Position numbers and translations under genes: made by a program. Source: the human T2T-CHM13v2.0 reference genome, Homo sapiens. Taken from it: a stretch of DNA of 64,000 nucleotides. The DNA lies in NCBI RefSeq assembly GCF_009914755.1, contig NC_060948.1; one strand, written 5' to 3'. Below the pieces are notes generated by a model. That model was not told the DNA's origin and searched no databases. It worked only from the letters and a program-made list of their open reading frames with translations. Below, in pieces: positions 38,493-55,423 of the stretch (position 1 is its first letter; each line of letters opens with the position of its first letter).

Positions 38493-40618
38493 AGATCCAT
38501 ATTTTTTAAATGAAAAAAAATTTCAAAGGTACTCTGCTTGGTACAATAATCAAATGTATAAACTGAGGAATAAAACATAACCATGAAACCTGCTTATAAC
38601 TGCATATGGAAAATACAGAGGATAATTTTTTAAATAACATATTTTGAAAGCCTTAACTAGTAATTTGAAGAGTTGGCATTTGAAAGGCCAGTATGAATAT
38701 ACCTTCAAAGCAGCAACACAGGTTCCCCATGAGAAAAAGCAAACACAGGGAAAATAAAAACACAAAGGTTCAATCTCTTCTGACCTTTGAAAGACACAGC
38801 ACAGACAGTGGTCCTTAGGACGAAGAGCAGGAGACCCCTAATTCCGTCACCATGGCGATAGGGCATAAACATTGCTGGGTGAGGGCACAATCCACATTGT
38901 GAGGTCCAACTGCTGCCAGGAAGACAGGAGTGCTTTTACATAGACCGAAAGGTCATTGAAGGCTCAGAGTTTTGTTTCAAGAACTGAATCCCAAGCCCAC
39001 ACGTTATTAGGCTGCGCTTCTTAAAACAAGTTATGAGATGGGAAAAAGGGCACCCACAAACATACGTATACATTATGTATATAATAATATACAGTATCAT
39101 ATATATAATATATATAACCTATGTATAATATTGTTTTACATCCTGCATCTTATGTTATATATATTGTATAAAATATAATAATTGATAATATATAAGTTTT
39201 ATAATTCTACAATATGACATATAGTATATATTATAATTTATGACATATATAATATATGTTATATGTCATATATAGAATATATTATAGGGTTAATATACGT
39301 ATTAAATATAAATTATACATTATATATATTATATATAATATATCTGTTATATATAATACCCATTATGCATAATATATATATTATGTCTATGTTATATATA
39401 GTATAAAACAACATATAATAATATATAATTGTATATATAAAATGCGACATATAATATATATTATATTTTATAACATATGTAATATATATTATATATTATA
39501 TATAATATGTTGTATGTATAATACCTATATTAAATATATATTATATGACTATGTTATTAATTACATGTCACATGTGTTATATATTATATATTTTACATAG
39601 AATATACCGGTTACATACAATATATACTATGTTACCTATAATGTATAATTTATTACATGTAAAATAAAGAATGCAATATATTATGTATAATTTATAATAT
39701 ACAATATGTGGAATGTGATATATATAACATATAATATATGATATATGATATACAGTATATGATATATAACATACAATATATGATTCCTAATATATATGGT
39801 ATACAATATATATTTTATGATATGTATTCTATATGATTTATATTCTGTTATATATAACTATTTGAAATTATATATAACTGTATAATATTTTATGTAAATA
39901 TGTAATATAATATATAACTATATAATATATTATATATAACTATATATTATGTAATATATACTTTTATAACATAATTTACATAAAATATCATAATATAATA
40001 TATATTATATTATTTCATATTACATAATATATATTACATATCACCCAATATAACTAACATACATAATATTATAATATAGATTATATTGTGTTATATTAAA
40101 TATCATATATATCATGTATCATATATTCTATAATATATATTACACATTATATAATATGTATGTTGTCTATTATGTGATATATATAACTCTATATATAATT
40201 ATATTTTTATACATATATCTAGATAAACATGTAATTCTACATATTTTCATTTATAATATGTAGAATTATATAATCATATATAATTATTTATATTCTATAA
40301 AAAATTTTATCATTATATAAATTATAATATATAAAAATTATAATATGTACTACAAATATATATATTATATATCATATATGATATAGTACCTTTGTTATAT
40401 ATCATAATACATATAAATGTGTATTATGTTATCTATAATTATATAATTTCATATATAAGATGTATAATATGTATCATATATTATATATGTTATGTAATAT
40501 ATATAGTATATATAAGATGACACAGGATAAATATTATATACTATGACATATAAAATATATGAGGTTATATGTTACATATAAGGCATAGCACATAACATGT
40601 AATATATACCATATATAA

Positions 40619-40910
40619 TTTTTTTTTAGACAGAATCTTGTCCTGTTGCACAGGGTGGGGTACAATGGCGCCATCTTTGCTCACTGCAACTTCTGCCTCA
40701 CGGGTCCAAGCGATTGTCCTCCCTCAGCCTCCCAGGTAGCTGGGACTACACCACACTGGGACTACACCAGCTGCCACCATGCCTAGCTAATTTTTTGGAT
40801 TTTTAGTAGTGACAGCGTTTCACTGTATTGGCCAGGATGGTCTTGATCTCTTCACCTTGTGATCCCCTTGCCTTGGCCTCCAAATTTGCTGGGATTACAG
40901 GCCTGAGCCA
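40619..40910 (-). mobile_element. Alu copy in U17
   Basis: Same Alu landmarks as U1. Confidence 0.92.
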
Positions 40911-43038
40911 AGATCCATATTTTTTAAATGAAAAAAAATTTCAAAGGTACTCTGCTTGGTACAATAATCAAATGTATAAACTGAGGAATAAAACATAACC
41001 ATGAAACCTGCTTATAACTGCATATGGAAAATACAGAGGATAATTTTTTAAATAACATATTTTGAAAGCCTTAACTAGTAATTTGAAGAGTTGGCATTTG
41101 AAAGGCCAGTATGAATATACCTTCAAAGCAGCAACACAGGTTCCCCATGAGAAAAAGCAAACACAGGGAAAATAAAAACACAAAGGTTCAATCTCTTCTG
41201 ACCTTTGAAAGACACAGCACAGACAGTGGTCCTTAGGACGAAGAGCAGGAGACCCCTAATTCCGTCACCATGGCGATAGGGCATAAACATTGCTGGGTGA
41301 GGGCACAATCCACATTGTGAGGTCCAACTGCTGCCAGGAAGACAGGAGTGCTTTTACATAGACCGAAAGGTCATTGAAGGCTCAGAGTTTTGTTTCAAGA
41401 ACTGAATCCCAAGCCCACACGTTATTAGGCTGCGCTTCTTAAAACAAGTTATGAGATGGGAAAAAGGGCACCCACAAACATACGTATACATTATGTATAT
41501 AATAATATACAGTATCATATATATAATATATATAACCTATGTATAATATTGTTTTACATCCTGCAGCTTATGTTATATATATTGTATAAAATATAATAAT
41601 TGATAATATATAAGTTTTATAATTCTACAATATGACATATAGTATATATTATAATTTATGACATATATAATATATGTTATATGTCATATATAGAATATAT
41701 TATAGGGTTAATATACGTATTAAATATAAATTATACATTATATATATTATATATAATATATCTGTTATATATAATACCCATTATGCATAATATATATATT
41801 ATGTCTATGTTATATATAGTATAAAACAACATATAATAATATATAATTGTATATATAAAATGCGACATATAATATATATTATATTTTATAACATATGTAA
41901 TATATATTATATATTAAATATAATATGTTGTATGTATAATACCTATATTAAATATATATTATATGACTATGTTATTAATTACATGTCACATGTGTTATAT
42001 ATTATATATTTTACATAGAATATACCAGTTACATACAATATATACTATGTTACCTATAATGTATAATTTATTACATGTAAAATAAAGAATGCAATATATT
42101 ATGTATAATTTATAATATACAATATGTGGAATGTGATATATATAACATATAATATATGATATATGATATACAGTATATGATATATAACATACAATATATG
42201 ATTCCTAATATATATGGTATACAATATATATTTTATGATATGTATTCTATATGTTTTATATTCTGTTATATATAACTATTTGAAATTATATATAACTGTA
42301 TAATATTTTATGTAAATATGTAATATAATATATATAACTATATAATATATTATATATAACTATATATTATGTAATATATACTTTTATAACATAATTTACA
42401 TAAAATATCATAATATAATATATATTATATTATTTCATATTACATAATATATATTACATATCACCCAATATAACTAACATACATAATATTATAATATAGA
42501 TTATATTGTGTTATATTAAATATCATATATATCATGTATCATATATTCTATAATATATATTACACATTATATAATATGTATGTTGTCTATTATGTGATAT
42601 ATATAACTCTATATATAATTATATTTTTATACATATATCTAGATAAACATGTAATTCTACATATTTTCATTTATAATATGTAGAATTATATAATCATATA
42701 TAATTATTTATATTCTATAAAAAATTTTATCATTATATAAATTATAATATATAAAAATTATAATATGTACTACAAATATATATATTATATATCATATATG
42801 ATATAGTACCTTTGTTATATATCATAATACATATAAATGTGTATTATGTTATCTATAATTATATAATTTCATATATAAGATGTATAATATGTATCATATA
42901 TTATATATGTTATGTAATATATATAGTATATATAAGATGACACAGGATAAATATTATATACTATGACATATAAAATATATGAGGTTATATGTTACATATA
43001 AGGCATAGCACATAACATGTAATATATACCATATATAA

Positions 43039-43330
43039 TTTTTTTTTAGACAGAATCTTGTCCTGTTGCACAGGGTGGGGTACAATGGTGCCATCTTTGC
43101 TCACTGCAACTTCTGCCTCACGGGTCCAAGCGATTGTCCTCCCTCAGCCTCCCAGGTAGCTGGGACTACACCACACTGGGACTACACCAGCTGCCACCAT
43201 GCCTAGCTAATTTTTTGGATTTTTAGTAGTGACAGCCTTTCACTGTATTGGCCAGGATGGTCTTGATCTCTTCACCTTGTGATCCCCTTGCCTTGGCCTC
43301 CAAATTTGCTGGGATTACAGGCCTGAGCCA
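43039..43330 (-). mobile_element. Alu copy in U18
   Basis: Same Alu landmarks; AATGGTGCC variant shared with U22. Confidence 0.92.
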
Positions 43331-45451
43331 AGATCCATATTTTTTAAGTGAAAAAAAATTTCAAAGGTACTCTGCTTGGTACAATAAACAAATGTATAAA
43401 CTGAGGAATAAAACATAACCATGAAACCTGCTTATAACTGCATATGGAAAATACAGAGGATAATTTTTTAAATAACATATTTTGAAAGCCTTAACTAGTA
43501 ATTTGAAGAGTTGGCATTTGAAAGGCCAGTATGAATATACCTTCAAAGCAGCAACACAGGTTCCCCATGAGAAAAAGCAAACACAGGGAAAATAAAAACA
43601 CAAAGGTTCAATCTCTTCTGACCTTTGAAAGACACAGCACAGACAGTGGTCCTTAGGACGAAGAGCAGGAGACCCCTAATTCCGTCACCATGGCGATAGG
43701 GCATAAACATTGCTGGGTGAGGGCACAATCCACATTGTGAGGTCCAACTGCTGCCAGGAAGACAGGAGTGCTTTTACATAGACCGAAAGGTCATTGAAGG
43801 CTCAGAGTTTTGTTTCAAGAACTGAATCCCAAGCCCACACGTTATTAGGCTGTGCTTCTTAAAACAAGTTATGAGATGGGAAAAAGGGCACCCACAAACA
43901 TACGTATACATTATGTATATAATAATATACAGTATCATATATATAATATATATAACCTATGTATAATATTGTTTTACATCCTGCATCTTATGTTATATAT
44001 ATTGTATAAAATATAATAATTGATAATATATAAGTTTTATAATTATACAATATGACATATAGTATATATTATAATTTATGACATATATAATATATGTTAT
44101 ATGTCAAATATAGAATATATTATACGGTTAATATACGTATTAAATATAAATTATACCTTATATATATTATATATAATATATCTGTTATATATAATACCCA
44201 TTATGCATAATATATATATTATGTCTATGTTATATATAGTATAAAACAACATATAATAATATATAATTGTATATATAAAATGCGACATATAATATATATT
44301 ATATTTTATAACATATGTAATATATATTATCTATAATACGTTGTATGTATAATACCTATATTAAATATATATTATATGACTATGTTATTAATTACATGTC
44401 ACATGTGTTATATATTATATATTTTACATAGAATATACCGGTTACATACAATATATACTATGTTACCTATAATGTATAATTTATTACATGTAAAATAAAG
44501 AATGCAATATATTATGTATAATTTATAATATACAATATGTGGAATGTGATATATATAACATATAATGTATGATATATGATATACAGTATATGATATATAA
44601 CATACAATATATGATTCCTAATATATATGGTATACAATATATATTTTATGATATGTATTCTATATGTTTTATATTCTGTTATATATAACTATTTGAAATT
44701 ATATATAACTGTATAATATTTTATGTACATATGTAATATAATATATATAACTATATAATATATTATATATAACTATATATTATGTTATATATACTTTTAT
44801 AACATAATTTACATAAAATATCATAATATAATATATATTATATTATTTCATATTACATAATATATATTACATATCACCCAATATAACTAACATACATAAT
44901 ATTATAATATAGATTATATTGTGTTATACTAAATATCATATATATCATGTATCATATATTCTATAATATATATTACACATTATATAATATGTATGTTGTC
45001 TATTATGTGATATATATAACTCTATATATAATTATATTTTTATACATATAACTAGATAAACATGTAATTCTACATATTTTCATTTATAATATGTAGAATT
45101 ATATAATCATATATAATTATTTATATTCTATAAAAAATTTTATCATTATATAAATTATAATATATAAAAATTATAATATGTACTACAAATATATATATTA
45201 TATATCATATATGATATAGTACCTTTGTTATATATCATAATACATATAAATGTGTATTATGTTATCTATAATTATATAATTTCATATATAAGATGTATAA
45301 TATGTATCATATATTATATATGTTATGTAATATATATAGTATATATAAGATGACACAGGATAAATATTATATACTATGACATATAAAATATATGAGGTTA
45401 TATGTTACATATAAGGCATAGCACATAACATGTAATATATACCATATATAA

Positions 45452-45743
45452 TTTTTTTTTAGACAGAATCTTGTCCTGTTGCACAGGGTGGGGTACAATG
45501 GCGCCATCTTTGCTCACTGCAACTTCTGCCTCACGGGTCCAAGCGATTGTCCTCCCTCAGCCTCCCAGGTAGCTGGGACTACACCACACTGGGACTACAC
45601 CAGCTGCCACCATGCCTAGCTAATTTTTTGGATTTTTAGTAGTGACAGCGTTTCACTGTATTGGCCAGGATGGTCTTGATCTCTTCACCTTGTGATCCCC
45701 TTGCCTTGGCCTCCAAATTTGCTGGGATTACAGGCCTGAGCCA
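45452..45743 (-). mobile_element. Alu copy in U19
   Basis: Same Alu landmarks as U1. Confidence 0.92.
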
Positions 45744-47871
45744 AGATCCATATTTTTTAAATGAAAAAAAATTTCAAAGGTACTCTGCTTGGTACAATAA
45801 TCAAATGTATAAACTGAGGAATAAAACATAACCATGAAACCTGCTTATAACTGCATATGGAAAATACAGAGGATAATTTTTTAAATAACATATTTTGAAA
45901 GCCTTAACTAGTAATTTGAAGAGTTGGCATTTGAAAGGCCAGTATGAATATACCTTCAAAGCAGCAACACAGGTTCCCCATGAGAAAAAGCAAACACAGG
46001 GAAAATAAAAACACAAAGGTTCAATCTCTTCTGACCTTTGAAAGACACAGCACAGACAGTGGTCCTTAGGACGAAGAGCAGGAGACCCCTAATTCCGTCA
46101 CCATGGCGATAGGGCATAAACATTGCTGGGTGAGGGCACAATCCACATTGTGAGGTCCAACTGCTGCCAGGAAGACAGGAGTGCTTTTACATAGACCGAA
46201 AGGTCATTGAAGGCTCAGAGTTTTGTTTCAAGAACTGAATCCCAAGCCCACACGTTATTAGGCTGCGCTTCTTAAAACAAGTTATGAGATGGGAAAAAGG
46301 GCACCCACAAACATACGTATACATTATGTATATAATAATATACAGTATCATATATATAATATATATAACCTATGTATAATATTGTTTTACATCCTGCATC
46401 TTATGTTATATATATTGTATAAAATATAATAATTGATAATATATAAGTTTTATAATTCTACAATATGACATATAGTATATATTATAATTTATGACATATA
46501 TAATATATGTTATATGTCATATATAGAATATATTATAGGGTTAATATACGTATTAAATATAAATTATACATTATATATATTATATATAATATATCTGTTA
46601 TATATAATACCCATTATGCATAATATATATATTATGTCTATGTTATATATAGTATAAAACAACGTATAATAATATATAATTGTATATATAAAATGCGACA
46701 TATAATATATATTATATTTTATAACATATGTAATATATATTATATATTATATATAATATGTTGTATGTATAATACCTATATTAAATATATATTATATGAC
46801 TATGTTATTAATTACATGTCACATGTGTTATATATTATATATTTTACATAGAATATACCGGTTACATACAATATATACTATGTTACCTATAATGTATAAT
46901 TTATTACATGTAAAATAAAGAATGCAATATATTATGTATAATTTATAATATACAATATGTGGAATGTGATATATATAACATATAATATATGATATATGAT
47001 ATACAGTATATGATATATAACATACAATATATGATTCCTAATATATATGGTATACAATATATATTTTATGATATGTATTCTATATGATTTATATTCTGTT
47101 ATATATAACTATTTGAAATTATATATAACTGTATAATATTTTATGTAAATATGTAATATAATATATATCACTATATAATATATTATATATAACTATATAT
47201 TATGTAATATATACTTTTATAACATAATTTACATAAAATATCATAATATAATATATATTATATTATTTCATATTACATAATATATATTAAATATCACCCA
47301 ATATAACTAACATACATAATATTATAATATAGATTATATTGTGTTATATTAAATATCATATATATCATGTATCATATATTCTATAATATATATTACACAT
47401 TATATAATATGTATGTTGTCTATTATGTGATATATATAACTCTATATATAATTATATTTTTATACATATATCTAGATAAACATGTAATTCTACATATTTT
47501 CATTTATAATATGTAGAATTATATAATCATATATAATTATTTATATTCTATAAAAAATTTTATCATTATATAAATTATAATATATAAAAATTATAATATG
47601 TACTACAAATATATATATTATATATCATATATGATATAGTACCTTTGTTATATATCATAATACATATAAATGTGTATTATGTTATCTATAATTATATAAT
47701 TTCATATATAAGATGTATAATATGTATCATATATTATATATGTTATGTAATATATATAGTATATATAAGCTGACACAGGATAAATATTATATACTATGAC
47801 ATATAAAATATATGAGGTTATATGTTACATATAAGGCATAGCACATAACATGTAATATATACCATATATAA

Positions 47872-48163
47872 TTTTTTTTTAGACAGAATCTTGTCCTGTT
47901 GCACAGGGTGGGGTACAATGGCGCCATCTTTGCTCACTGCAACTTCTGCCTCACGGGTCCAAGCGATTGTCCTCCCTCAGCCTCCCAGGTAGCTGGGACT
48001 ACACCACACTGGGACTACACCAGCTGCCACCATGCCTAGCTAATTTTTTGGATTTTTAGTAGTGACAGCCTTTCACTGTATTGGCCAGGATGGTCTTGAT
48101 CTCTTCACCTTGTGATCCCCTTGCCTTGGCCTCCAAATTTGCTGGGATTACAGGCCTGAGCCA
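47872..48163 (-). mobile_element. Alu copy in U20
   Basis: Same Alu landmarks as U1. Confidence 0.92.
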
Positions 48164-50291
48164 AGATCCATATTTTTTAAATGAAAAAAAATTTCAAAGG
48201 TACTCTGCTTGGTACAATAATCAAATGTATAAACTGAGGAATAAAACATAACCATGAAACCTGCTTATAACTGCATATGGAAAATACAGAGGATAATTTT
48301 TTAAATAACATATTTTGAAAGCCTTAACTAGTAATTTGAAGAGTTGGCATTTGAAAGGCCAGTATGAATATACCTTCAAAGCAGCAACACAGGTTCCCCA
48401 TGAGAAAAAGCAAACACAGGGAAAATAAAAACACAAAGGTTCAATCTCTTCTGACCTTTGAAAGACACAGCACAGACAGTGGTCCTTAGGACGAAGAGCA
48501 GGAGACCCCTAATTCCGTCACCATGGCGATAGGGCATAAACATTGCTGGGTGAGGGCACAATCCACATTGTGAGGTCCAACTGCTGCCAGGAAGACAGGA
48601 GTGCTTTTACATAGACCGAAAGGTCATTGAAGGCTCAGAGTTTTGTTTCAAGAACTGAATCCCAAGCCCACACGTTATTAGGCTGCGCTTCTTAAAACAA
48701 GTTATGAGATGGGAAAAAGGGCACCCACAAACATACGTATACATTATGTATATAATAATATACAGTATCATATATATAATATATATAACCTATGTATAAT
48801 ATTGTTTTACATCCTGCATCTTATGTTATATATATTGTATAAAATATAATAATTGATAATATATAAGTTTTATAATTCTACAATATGACATATAGTATAT
48901 ATTATAATTTATGACATATATAATATATGTTATATGTCATATATAGAATATATTATAGGGTTAATATACGTATTAAATATAAATTATACATTATATATAT
49001 TATATATAATATATCTGTTATATATAATACCCATTATGCATAATATATATATTATGTCTATGTTATATATAGTATAAAACAACATATAATAATATATAAT
49101 TGTATATATAAAATGCGACATATAATATATATTATATTTTATAACATATGTAATATATATTATATATTATATATAATATGTTGTATGTATAATACCTATA
49201 TTAAATATATATTATATGACTATGTTATTAATTACATGTCACATGTGTTATATATTATATATTTTACATAGAATATACCGGTTACATACAATATATACTA
49301 TGTTACCTATAATGTATAATTTATTACATGTAAAATAAAGAATGCAATATATTATGTATAATTTATAATATACAATATGTGGAATGTGATATATATAACA
49401 TATAATATATGATATATGATATACAGTATATGATATATAACATACAATATATGATTCCTAATATATATGGTATACAATATATATTTTATGATATGTATTC
49501 TATATGATTTATATTCTGTTATATATAACTATTTGAAATTATATATAACTGTATAATATTTTATGTAAATATGTAATATAATATATATAACTATATAATA
49601 TATTATATATAACTATATATTATGTAATATATACTTTTATAACATAATTTACATAAAATATCATAATATAATATATATTATATTATTTCATATTACATAA
49701 TATATATTACATATCACCCAATATAACTAACATACATAATATTATAATATAGATTATATTGTGTTATATTAAATATCATATATATCATGTATCATATATT
49801 CTATAATATATATTACACATTATATAATATGTATGTTGTCTATTATGTGATATATATAACTCTATATATAATTATATTTTTATACATATATCTAGATAAA
49901 CATGTAATTCTACATATTTTCATTTATAATATGTAGAATTATATAATCATATATAATTATTTATATTCTATAAAAAATTTTATCATTATATAAATTATAA
50001 TATATAAAAATTATAATATGTACTACAAATATATATATTATATATCATATATGATATAGTACCTTTGTTATATATCATAATACATATAAATGTGTATTAT
50101 GTTATCTATAATTATATAATTTCATATATAAGATGTATAATATGTATCATATATTATATATGTTATGTAATATATATAGTATATATAAGATGACACAGGA
50201 TAAATATTATATACTATGACATATAAAATATATGAGGTTATATGTTACATATAAGGCATAGCACATAATATGTAATATATACCATATATAA

Positions 50292-50583
50292 TTTTTTTTT
50301 AGACAGAATCTTGTCCTGTTGCACAGGGTGGGGTACAATGGCGCCATCTTTGCTCACTGCAACTTCTGCCTCACGGGTCCAAGCGATTGTCCTCCCTCAG
50401 CCTCCCAGGTAGCTGGGACTACACCACACTGGGACTACACCAGCTGCCACCATGCCTAGCTAATTTTTTGGATTTTTAGTAGTGACAGCCTTTCACTGTA
50501 TTGGCCAGGATGGTCTTGATCTCTTCACCTTGTGATCCCCTTGCCTTGGCCTCCAAATTTGCTGGGATTACAGGCCTGAGCCA
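50292..50583 (-). mobile_element. Alu copy in U21
   Basis: Same Alu landmarks as U1. Confidence 0.92.
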
Positions 50584-52711
50584 AGATCCATATTTTTTAA
50601 ATGAAAAAAAATTTCAAAGGTACTCTGCTTGGTACAATAATCAAATGTATAAACTGAGGAATAAAACATAACCATGAAACCTGCTTATAACTGCATATGG
50701 AAAATACAGAGGATAATTTTTTAAATAACATATTTTGAAAGCCTTAACTAGTAATTTGAAGAGTTGGCATTTGAAAGGCCAGTATGAATATACCTTCAAA
50801 GCAGCAACACAGGTTCCCCATGAGAAAAAGCAAACACAGGGAAAATAAAAACACAAAGGTTCAATCTCTTCTGACCTTTGAAAGACACAGCACAGACAGT
50901 GGTCCTTAGGACGAAGAGCAGGAGACCCCTAATTCCGTCACCATGGCGATAGGGCATAAACATTGCTGGGTGAGGGCACAATCCACATTGTGAGGTCCAA
51001 CTGCTGCCAGGAAGACAGGAGTGCTTTTACATAGACCGAAAGGTCATTGAAGGCTCAGAGTTTTGTTTCAAGAACTGAATCCCAAGCCCACACGTTATTA
51101 GGCTGCGCTTCTTAAAACAAGTTATGAGATGGGAAAAAGGGCACCCACAAACATACGTATACATTATGTATATAATAATATACAGTATCATATATATAAT
51201 ATATATAACCTATGTATAATATTGTTTTACATCCTGCAGCTTATGTTATATATATTGTATAAAATATAATAATTGATAATATATAAGTTTTATAATTCTA
51301 CAATATGACATATAGTATATATTATAATTTATGACATATATAATATATGTTATATGTCATATATAGAATATATTATAGGGTTAATATACGTATTAAATAT
51401 AAATTATACATTATATATATTATATATAATATATCTGTTATATATAATACCCATTATGCATAATATATATATTATGTCTATGTTATATATAGTATAAAAC
51501 AACATATAATAATATATAATTGTATATATAAAATGCGACATATAATATATATTATATTTTATAACATATGTAATATATATTATATATTAAATATAATATG
51601 TTGTATGTATAATACCTATATTAAATATATATTATATGACTATGTTATTAATTACATGTCACATGTGTTATATATTATATATTTTACATAGAATATACCA
51701 GTTACATACAATATATACTATGTTACCTATAATGTATAATTTATTACATGTAAAATAAAGAATGCAATATATTATGTATAATTTATAATATACAATATGT
51801 GGAATGTGATATATATAACATATAATATATGATATATGATATACAGTATATGATATATAACATACAATATATGATTCCTAATATATATGGTATACAATAT
51901 ATATTTTATGATATGTATTCTATATGTTTTATATTCTGTTATATATAACTATTTGAAATTATATATAACTGTATAATATTTTATGTAAATATGTAATATA
52001 ATATATATAACTATATAATATATTATATATAACTATATATTATGTAATATATACTTTTATAACATAATTTACATAAAATATCATAATATAATATATATTA
52101 TATTATTTCATATTACATAATATATATTACATATCACCCAATATAACTAACATACATAATATTATAATATAGATTATATTGTGTTATATTAAATATCATA
52201 TATATCATGTATCATATATTCTATAATATATATTACACATTATATAATATGTATGTTGTCTATTATGTGATATATATAACTCTATATATAATTATATTTT
52301 TATACATATATCTAGATAAACATGTAATTCTACATATTTTCATTTATAATATGTAGAATTATATAATCATATATAATTATTTATATTCTATAAAAAATTT
52401 TATCATTATATAAATTATAATATATAAAAATTATAATATGTACTACAAATATATATATTATATATCATATATGATATAGTACCTTTGTTATATATCATAA
52501 TACATATAAATGTGTATTATGTTATCTATAATTATATAATTTCATATATAAGATGTATAATATGTATCATATATTATATATGTTATGTAATATATATAGT
52601 ATATATAAGATGACACAGGATAAATATTATATACTATGACATATAAAATATATGAGGTTATATGTTACATATAAGGCATAGCACATAACATGTAATATAT
52701 ACCATATATAA

Positions 52712-53003
52712 TTTTTTTTTAGACAGAATCTTGTCCTGTTGCACAGGGTGGGGTACAATGGTGCCATCTTTGCTCACTGCAACTTCTGCCTCACGGGTCC
52801 AAGCGATTGTCCTCCCTCAGCCTCCCAGGTAGCTGGGACTACACCACACTGGGACTACACCAGCTGCCACCATGCCTAGCTAATTTTTTGGATTTTTAGT
52901 AGTGACAGCCTTTCACTGTATTGGCCAGGATGGTCTTGATCTCTTCACCTTGTGATCCCCTTGCCTTGGCCTCCAAATTTGCTGGGATTACAGGCCTGAG
53001 CCA
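52712..53003 (-). mobile_element. Alu copy in U22
   Basis: Same Alu landmarks as U1. Confidence 0.92.
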
Positions 53004-55131
53004 AGATCCATATTTTTTAAGTGAAAAAAAATTTCAAAGGTACTCTGCTTGGTACAATAATCAAATGTATAAACTGAGGAATAAAACATAACCATGAAAC
53101 CTGCTTATAACTGCATATGGAAAATACAGAGGATAATTTTTTAAATAACATATTTTGAAAGCCTTAACTAGTAATTTGAAGAGTTGGCATTTGAAAGGCC
53201 AGTATGAATATACCTTCAAAGCAGCAACACAGGTTCCCCATGAGAAAAAGCAAACACAGGGAAAATAAAAACACAAAGGTTCAATCTCTTCTGACCTTTG
53301 AAAGACACAGCACAGACAGTGGTCCTTAGGACGAAGAGCAGGAGACCCCTAATTCCGTCACCATGGCGATAGGGCATAAACATTGCTGGGTGAGGGCACA
53401 ATCCACATTGTGAGGTCCAACTGCTGCCAGGAAGACAGGAGTGCTTTTACATAGACCGAAAGGTCATTGAAGGCTCAGAGTTTTGTTTCAAGAACTGAAT
53501 CCCAAGCCCACACGTTATTAGGCTGCGCTTCTTAAAACAAGTTATGAGATGGGAAAAAGGGCACCCACAAACATACGTATACATTATGTATATAATAATA
53601 TACAGTATCATATATATAATATATATAACCTATGTATAATATTGTTTTACATCCTGCATCTTATGTTATATATATTGTATAAAATATAATAATTGATAAT
53701 ATATAAGTTTTATAATTCTACAATATGACATATAGTATATATTATAATTTATGACATATATAATATATGTTATATGTCATATATAGAATATATTATAGGG
53801 TTAATATACGTATTAAATATAAATTATACATTATATATATTATATATAATATATCTGTTATATATAATACCCATTATGCATAATATATATATTATGTCTA
53901 TGTTATATATAGTATAAAACAACATATAATAATATATAATTGTATATATAAAATGCGACATATAATATATATTATATTTTATAACATATGTAATATATAT
54001 TATATATTATATATAATATGTTGTATGTATAATACCTATATTAAATATATATTATATGACTATGTTATTAATTACATGTCACATGTGTTATATATTATAT
54101 ATTTTACATAGAATATACCAGTTACATACAATATATACTATGTTACCTATAATGTATAATTTATTACATGTAAAATAAAGAATGCAATATATTCTGTATA
54201 ATTTATAATATACAATATGTGGAATGTGATATATATAACATATAATATATGATATATGATATACAGTATATGATATATAACATACAATATATGATTCCTA
54301 ATATATATGGTATACAATATATATTTTATGATATGTATTCTATATGTTTTATATTCTGTTATATATAACTATTTGAAATTATATATAACTGTATAATATT
54401 TTATGTAAATATGTAATATAATATATATAACTATATAATATATTATATATAACTATATATTATGTAATATATACTTTTATAACATAATTTACATAAAATA
54501 TCATAATATAATATATATTATATTATTTCATATTACATAATATATATTACATATCACCCAATATAACTAACATACATAATATTGTAATATAGATTATATT
54601 GTGTTATATTAAATATCATATATATCATGTATCATATATTCTATAATATATATTACACATTATATAATATGTATGTTGTCTATTATGTGATATATATAAC
54701 TCTATATATAATTATATTTTTATACATATATCTAGATAAACATGTAATTCTACATATTTTAATTTATAATATGTAGAATTATATAATCATATATAATTAT
54801 TTATATTCTATAAAAAATTTTATCATTATATAAATTATAATATATAAAAATTATAATATGTACTACAAATATATATATTATATATCATATATGATATAGT
54901 ACCTTTGTTATATATCATAATACATATAAATGTGTATTATGTTATCTATAATTATATAATTTCATATATAAGATGTATAATATGTATCATATATTATATA
55001 TGTTATGTAATATATATAGTATATATAAGATGACACAGGATAAATATTATATACTATGACATATAAAATATATGAGGTTATATGTTACATATAAGGCATA
55101 GCACATAACATGTAATATATACCATATATAA

Positions 55132-55423
55132 TTTTTTTTTAGACAGAATCTTGTCCTGTTGCACAGGGTGGGGTACAATGGCGCCATCTTTGCTCACTGC
55201 AACTTCTGCCTCACGGGTCCAAGCGATTGTCCTCCCTCAGCCTCCCAGGTAGCTGGGACTACACCACACTGGGACTACACCAGCTGCCACCATGCCTAGC
55301 TAATTTTTTGGATTTTTAGTAGTGACAGCCTTTCACTGTATTGGCCAGGATGGTCTTGATCTCTTCACCTTGTGATCCCCTTGCCTTGGCCTCCAAATTT
55401 GCTGGGATTACAGGCCTGAGCCA
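55132..55423 (-). mobile_element. Alu copy in U23
   Basis: Same Alu landmarks as U1. Confidence 0.92.

Larger units (their letters stand above)
33851..53194. repeat. Higher-order tandem duplication of four units (U15-18 / U19-22), period ~9671-9673 bp
   Basis: Pairwise private variants: U15=U19, U16=U20, U17~U21, U18=U22; unit lengths 2413,2420,2418,2420 then 2413,2420,2420,2420. Confidence 0.85.
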
